Source of the DNA: Bellilinea sp.
GTDB lineage: Bacteria > Chloroflexota > Anaerolineae > Anaerolineales > Anaerolineaceae
NCBI GenBank assembly: GCA_036822575.1
Contig: DAISHK010000008.1
Span: forward strand, 19,514 to 83,513
Reading direction: 5' to 3'
DNA length: 64,000 nt
Shown: piece by piece, positions 61,263 through 64,000 of the stretch
How positions within the stretch are numbered: the stretch's first letter is position 1
How the letters are laid out: each line of letters begins with the position of its first letter
Made by a program: the position numbers and the translations under genes
Notes under the pieces: generated by a model
What the model was told of the DNA's origin: nothing
What the model saw: only the letters and a program-made list of their open reading frames with translations
Databases searched by the model: none

Positions 61263-62731
61263 TAAGCACCTCCCAGGAGAGCGAGGATCGAGGTCACGCC
61301 CGAGTCAATCATGGTAGTGAGCAGAGACGGGAAGATTCCGACAGCGATCATCACAAGCGATAATACACCGATTACCAATTTGTCGCGCCAGGAAATATCT
61401 GAGATATTTGTCAGGTTTTCCGGCAATTCACCGAAGAATACCCGGCGAATGGTCAACAGAATGTAAGCGGCTGTCAGGATAACACCCAATATGGCGATAA
61501 TCGCCACCACCGGAGCCGTCTGCCAGGCGCCCATGAAAATGGGGAACTCGGCCACAAAACCGGAGAACCCAGGCATACCCATCGATACCAGACCGCCAAT
61601 GATAAAGCCAATGGCTGCCCAGGGCATTTTCTTGATCAACCCGCCCAGGCTGGCGATATCGCGCGTATGGGCACGATCGTACACCATTCCGACCACAGAG
61701 AAGAAGAGGGCCGTCATCACACCGTGCGAGAACATTTGCAGGCTGGCGCCCATCAGCCCTTCCCGTGTCAAAGTCGCCAGACCAATCAAGACCAGGCCCA
61801 TATGCGAAACAGAAGAAAAGCCGATGACATATTTGAAGTCTTTTTGCACCAACGCGATAAACGCGCCATACACCACGTTGATGGTAGCCAGCACCAGTAT
61901 CGCTGGAGCCCAGTAGCGCGCCCCATCGGGCAGCAGCATGATGGCTACGCGCAAGGCGGCAAACACACCGACTTTCATTTCAACACCGGCCAGCAGCATC
62001 GAAATCGCCGTCGGCGCGGCGACGTGGCCATCCGGAGCCCAACTGTGGAAGGGGAACATACCTCCCAAAATGGCAAACCCCAGGAAGGCAACCGGGAACC
62101 AGATGCGCTGAAAACCGACGGCGAAGCCGGCTTTTTCCAGCGCGAGCATATCAAAGGTGTGCAGCCCTGAACCAAAGTAAATCGCCAGCGCGCCCAGCAA
62201 GGCAACCACCGAGCCAATAAACAGGTAGAGAGTCAGTTTCATGCCGCCGTATTCGCGCGTCTGCGGAGAACCCCACACCACAATCATCAGGTATTTGGGG
62301 AATACCGCCAGTTCAAAGAAGAAGAACAGCATGAACAGATCCAGTGAACAGAACACACCTAAAACGCTGGCGCCTAAAAACATCAGGAAAGCGAAAAATT
62401 CACGCGGCCGATCCTGAATTCCCCAGGAAATCAACACGCCTGAAATTACCACCAGCCCCGAAAGCAGCACCAGCGGCAGGCTGATTCCATCCACGCCCAC
62501 GTAATATGAAATGCCTAACGCCGGCAGCCAGTTATAGCGTTCTACAAACTGGTAGCCGCCCGCCGCCGTATCATAGGAGGCAAAAACTACGACGGAAAGC
62601 GCCAGAATAATTACACCGGCTGCCGCAGCAATCCCACGGATCCAATCCTTCCGATTTGCCGGTAACAGCAAAATGAGGATTCCGGCAATCAGTGGGGTGA
62701 AGATTAGCGTACTCAATATCGGAAACTGCAT
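61262..62731 (-). CDS. nuoM: NADH-quinone oxidoreductase subunit M, second divergent copy
   Basis: GVDGIS, PFHSWAPDGHVAAPT, SSVSHMG, FVAEF. Confidence 0.9.
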   Translation of the reverse strand: MQFPILSTLIFTPLIAGILILLLPANRKDWIRGIAAAAGVIILALSVVVFASYDTAAGGYQFVERYNWLPALGISYYVGVDGISLPLVLLSGLVVISGVLISWGIQDRPREFFAFLMFLGASVLGVFCSLDLFMLFFFFELAVFPKYLMIVVWGSPQTREYGGMKLTLYLFIGSVVALLGALAIYFGSGLHTFDMLALEKAGFAVGFQRIWFPVAFLGFAILGGMFPFHSWAPDGHVAAPTAISMLLAGVEMKVGVFAALRVAIMLLPDGARYWAPAILVLATINVVYGAFIALVQKDFKYVIGFSSVSHMGLVLIGLATLTREGLMGASLQMFSHGVMTALFFSVVGMVYDRAHTRDIASLGGLIKKMPWAAIGFIIGGLVSMGMPGFSGFVAEFPIFMGAWQTAPVVAIIAILGVILTAAYILLTIRRVFFGELPENLTNISDISWRDKLVIGVLSLVMIAVGIFPSLLTTMIDSGVTSILALLGGA

Positions 62732-62741
62732 TCTTCACCTC

Positions 62742-64000
62742 TCAGAATAAGAAAGCCACAGCCTGGTTAATCACATTCAGCAGCCAGGTCGGCCATACGC
62801 CTAAAACGAGCATGAAGATGACCAGCGGAGTCATCACAACAATTTCGCGGGTGTTGATATCCCGCAAGTGACCTACCCAACGGGTATTGAGCGGGCCATG
62901 CAGCACCAGTTTGATCGCCTTGAGGATGTACGCACCGGTGAAGAACAAACCGATCATTGCCAGCGCCGTCATCAGGGTGAAGATCGGCCAGGAGCCTACC
63001 ACGACCATAAATTCGGACACGAAACCGTTCAAACCGGGCAGCCCCAGAGAAGCCATTGAGGTGAAAATCAACAGGGTGCCATATACCGGCAGAATGGCGT
63101 ACAGGCCGCCGAATTCATTGAGGTCACGGGTATGGGCCTGATCGTAGATCACGCCAACCAGGAAGAACATCCCGGCCGCGCTCAAGCCATGGTTGACCAT
63201 TTGCAGCACCGCGCCATCAAGCGCAATGGTGCGTGCCTGTGCAAAAGCCTCGTTTCCCCAGGTCGCCGCCGCGGCCGCAATACCGAGGACCACAAAGCCC
63301 ATGTGGTTGATGGATGAGTACGCAACCAGACGCTTGAAATCGGTCTGCGCCCAGGCGCCCCACGCGCCGAAGATAATTGCCGCCACAGCCAGCAGCGCCA
63401 TAACCCAGGCAAATTGCTGAGCCTGCTGCGGAAAGAGCGGCAGCACCAGCCGCAAGAAGCCATAAGCGCCGAGCTTGAGCATGACACCGGCCAGCACCAT
63501 TGAACCGGCCGTCGGCGCTTCAGTATGCGCGTCGGGCAGCCAGGTATGGAACGGCCAGATCGGCACTTTGATCGCGAAGGCGATCACGAAGGCCCAGAAA
63601 GCGACCGTCTTGACCGTTTCCAGGCTGACGCCCAGCGGCAAGCTGAGCGCCGTCAGCTGCGGCCATTGGGCAAACAGTTCGGGCAGGTCAAAGGTACCGA
63701 CCGCCACGCCCATCAACTGAATTGCCAGCAGCAATCCCAGCGAACCGCCCATCGTGTAAAGGATGAACTTGAGTGAGGCATAATTGCGGTTTTTGCCGCC
63801 CCATTGCGCCATCAAGAAGTACATCGGGACCAGACCGATCTCCCAAAAGACGAAGAAAAGCAGCAGGTCGAGCGCCATAAAAACACCCAGCATGCCCGTT
63901 TCCAGGAACAGGAACAAGATCATATAGGGTTTGACGCGCTCTTTTACGCTGAAGGAAGCCAGGATCGCCAGCGGAGAGATAAAGGTGGTCAGCAGCAGCA
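62742..64000 (-). CDS. nuoM: NADH-quinone oxidoreductase subunit M, 5-prime part outside the window
   Basis: Frame open to the window edge; FWE, KVPIWPFHTWLPDAHTEAPT, LKLG, SSINHMG, FVSEF. Confidence 0.93.
   Translation of the reverse strand, partial: LLLTTFISPLAILASFSVKERVKPYMILFLFLETGMLGVFMALDLLLFFVFWEIGLVPMYFLMAQWGGKNRNYASLKFILYTMGGSLGLLLAIQLMGVAVGTFDLPELFAQWPQLTALSLPLGVSLETVKTVAFWAFVIAFAIKVPIWPFHTWLPDAHTEAPTAGSMVLAGVMLKLGAYGFLRLVLPLFPQQAQQFAWVMALLAVAAIIFGAWGAWAQTDFKRLVAYSSINHMGFVVLGIAAAAATWGNEAFAQARTIALDGAVLQMVNHGLSAAGMFFLVGVIYDQAHTRDLNEFGGLYAILPVYGTLLIFTSMASLGLPGLNGFVSEFMVVVGSWPIFTLMTALAMIGLFFTGAYILKAIKLVLHGPLNTRWVGHLRDINTREIVVMTPLVIFMLVLGVWPTWLLNVINQAVAFLF

Noticed and set aside
1..64000. 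tRNA, rRNA, CRISPR arrays, transposases, integrases
   Set aside because: None recognised by eye in intergenic or coding regions; tRNAscan/Infernal were not run.

Overview
Bacterial chromosomal window, most likely Chloroflexota/Anaerolineae. This is inferred from the eukaryote/archaeal-type ProRS, duplicated nuoM, b-delta fused atpF and DHH-CBS tRNA nucleotidyltransferase; no database search was run. It is mostly housekeeping: nrdR-nrdJ, a dcw cell-wall/division cluster (mraZ to ftsZ, murE displaced), cysS, pstSCAB-phoU, clpB, an EF-G2-like gene, proS, rpsO-pnp, an F0-only atp operon and nuoM-nuoM-nuoN. Two regions stand out. (1) An AT-rich island at the left edge (1-1870) starts right after the nrdJ stop. 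It carries a zinc-ribbon/winged-helix gene translationally coupled to a gene missing from the ORF track (523 to <1) with a HEPN-like RNxxxxxH motif, a candidate uncharacterised two-gene defence or toxin-antitoxin module. (2) After pstSCAB-phoU lies a four-gene unit: two overlapping thymidylate-kinase-like genes (one with a degenerate P-loop), a CHAD protein and a metallophosphoesterase. This looks like a bacterial heterodimeric PPK3-type polyphosphate module rather than dTMP kinases. No tRNA, rRNA, CRISPR array, transposase or integrase was recognised. Several starts were moved from the ORF track on RBS and motif evidence.
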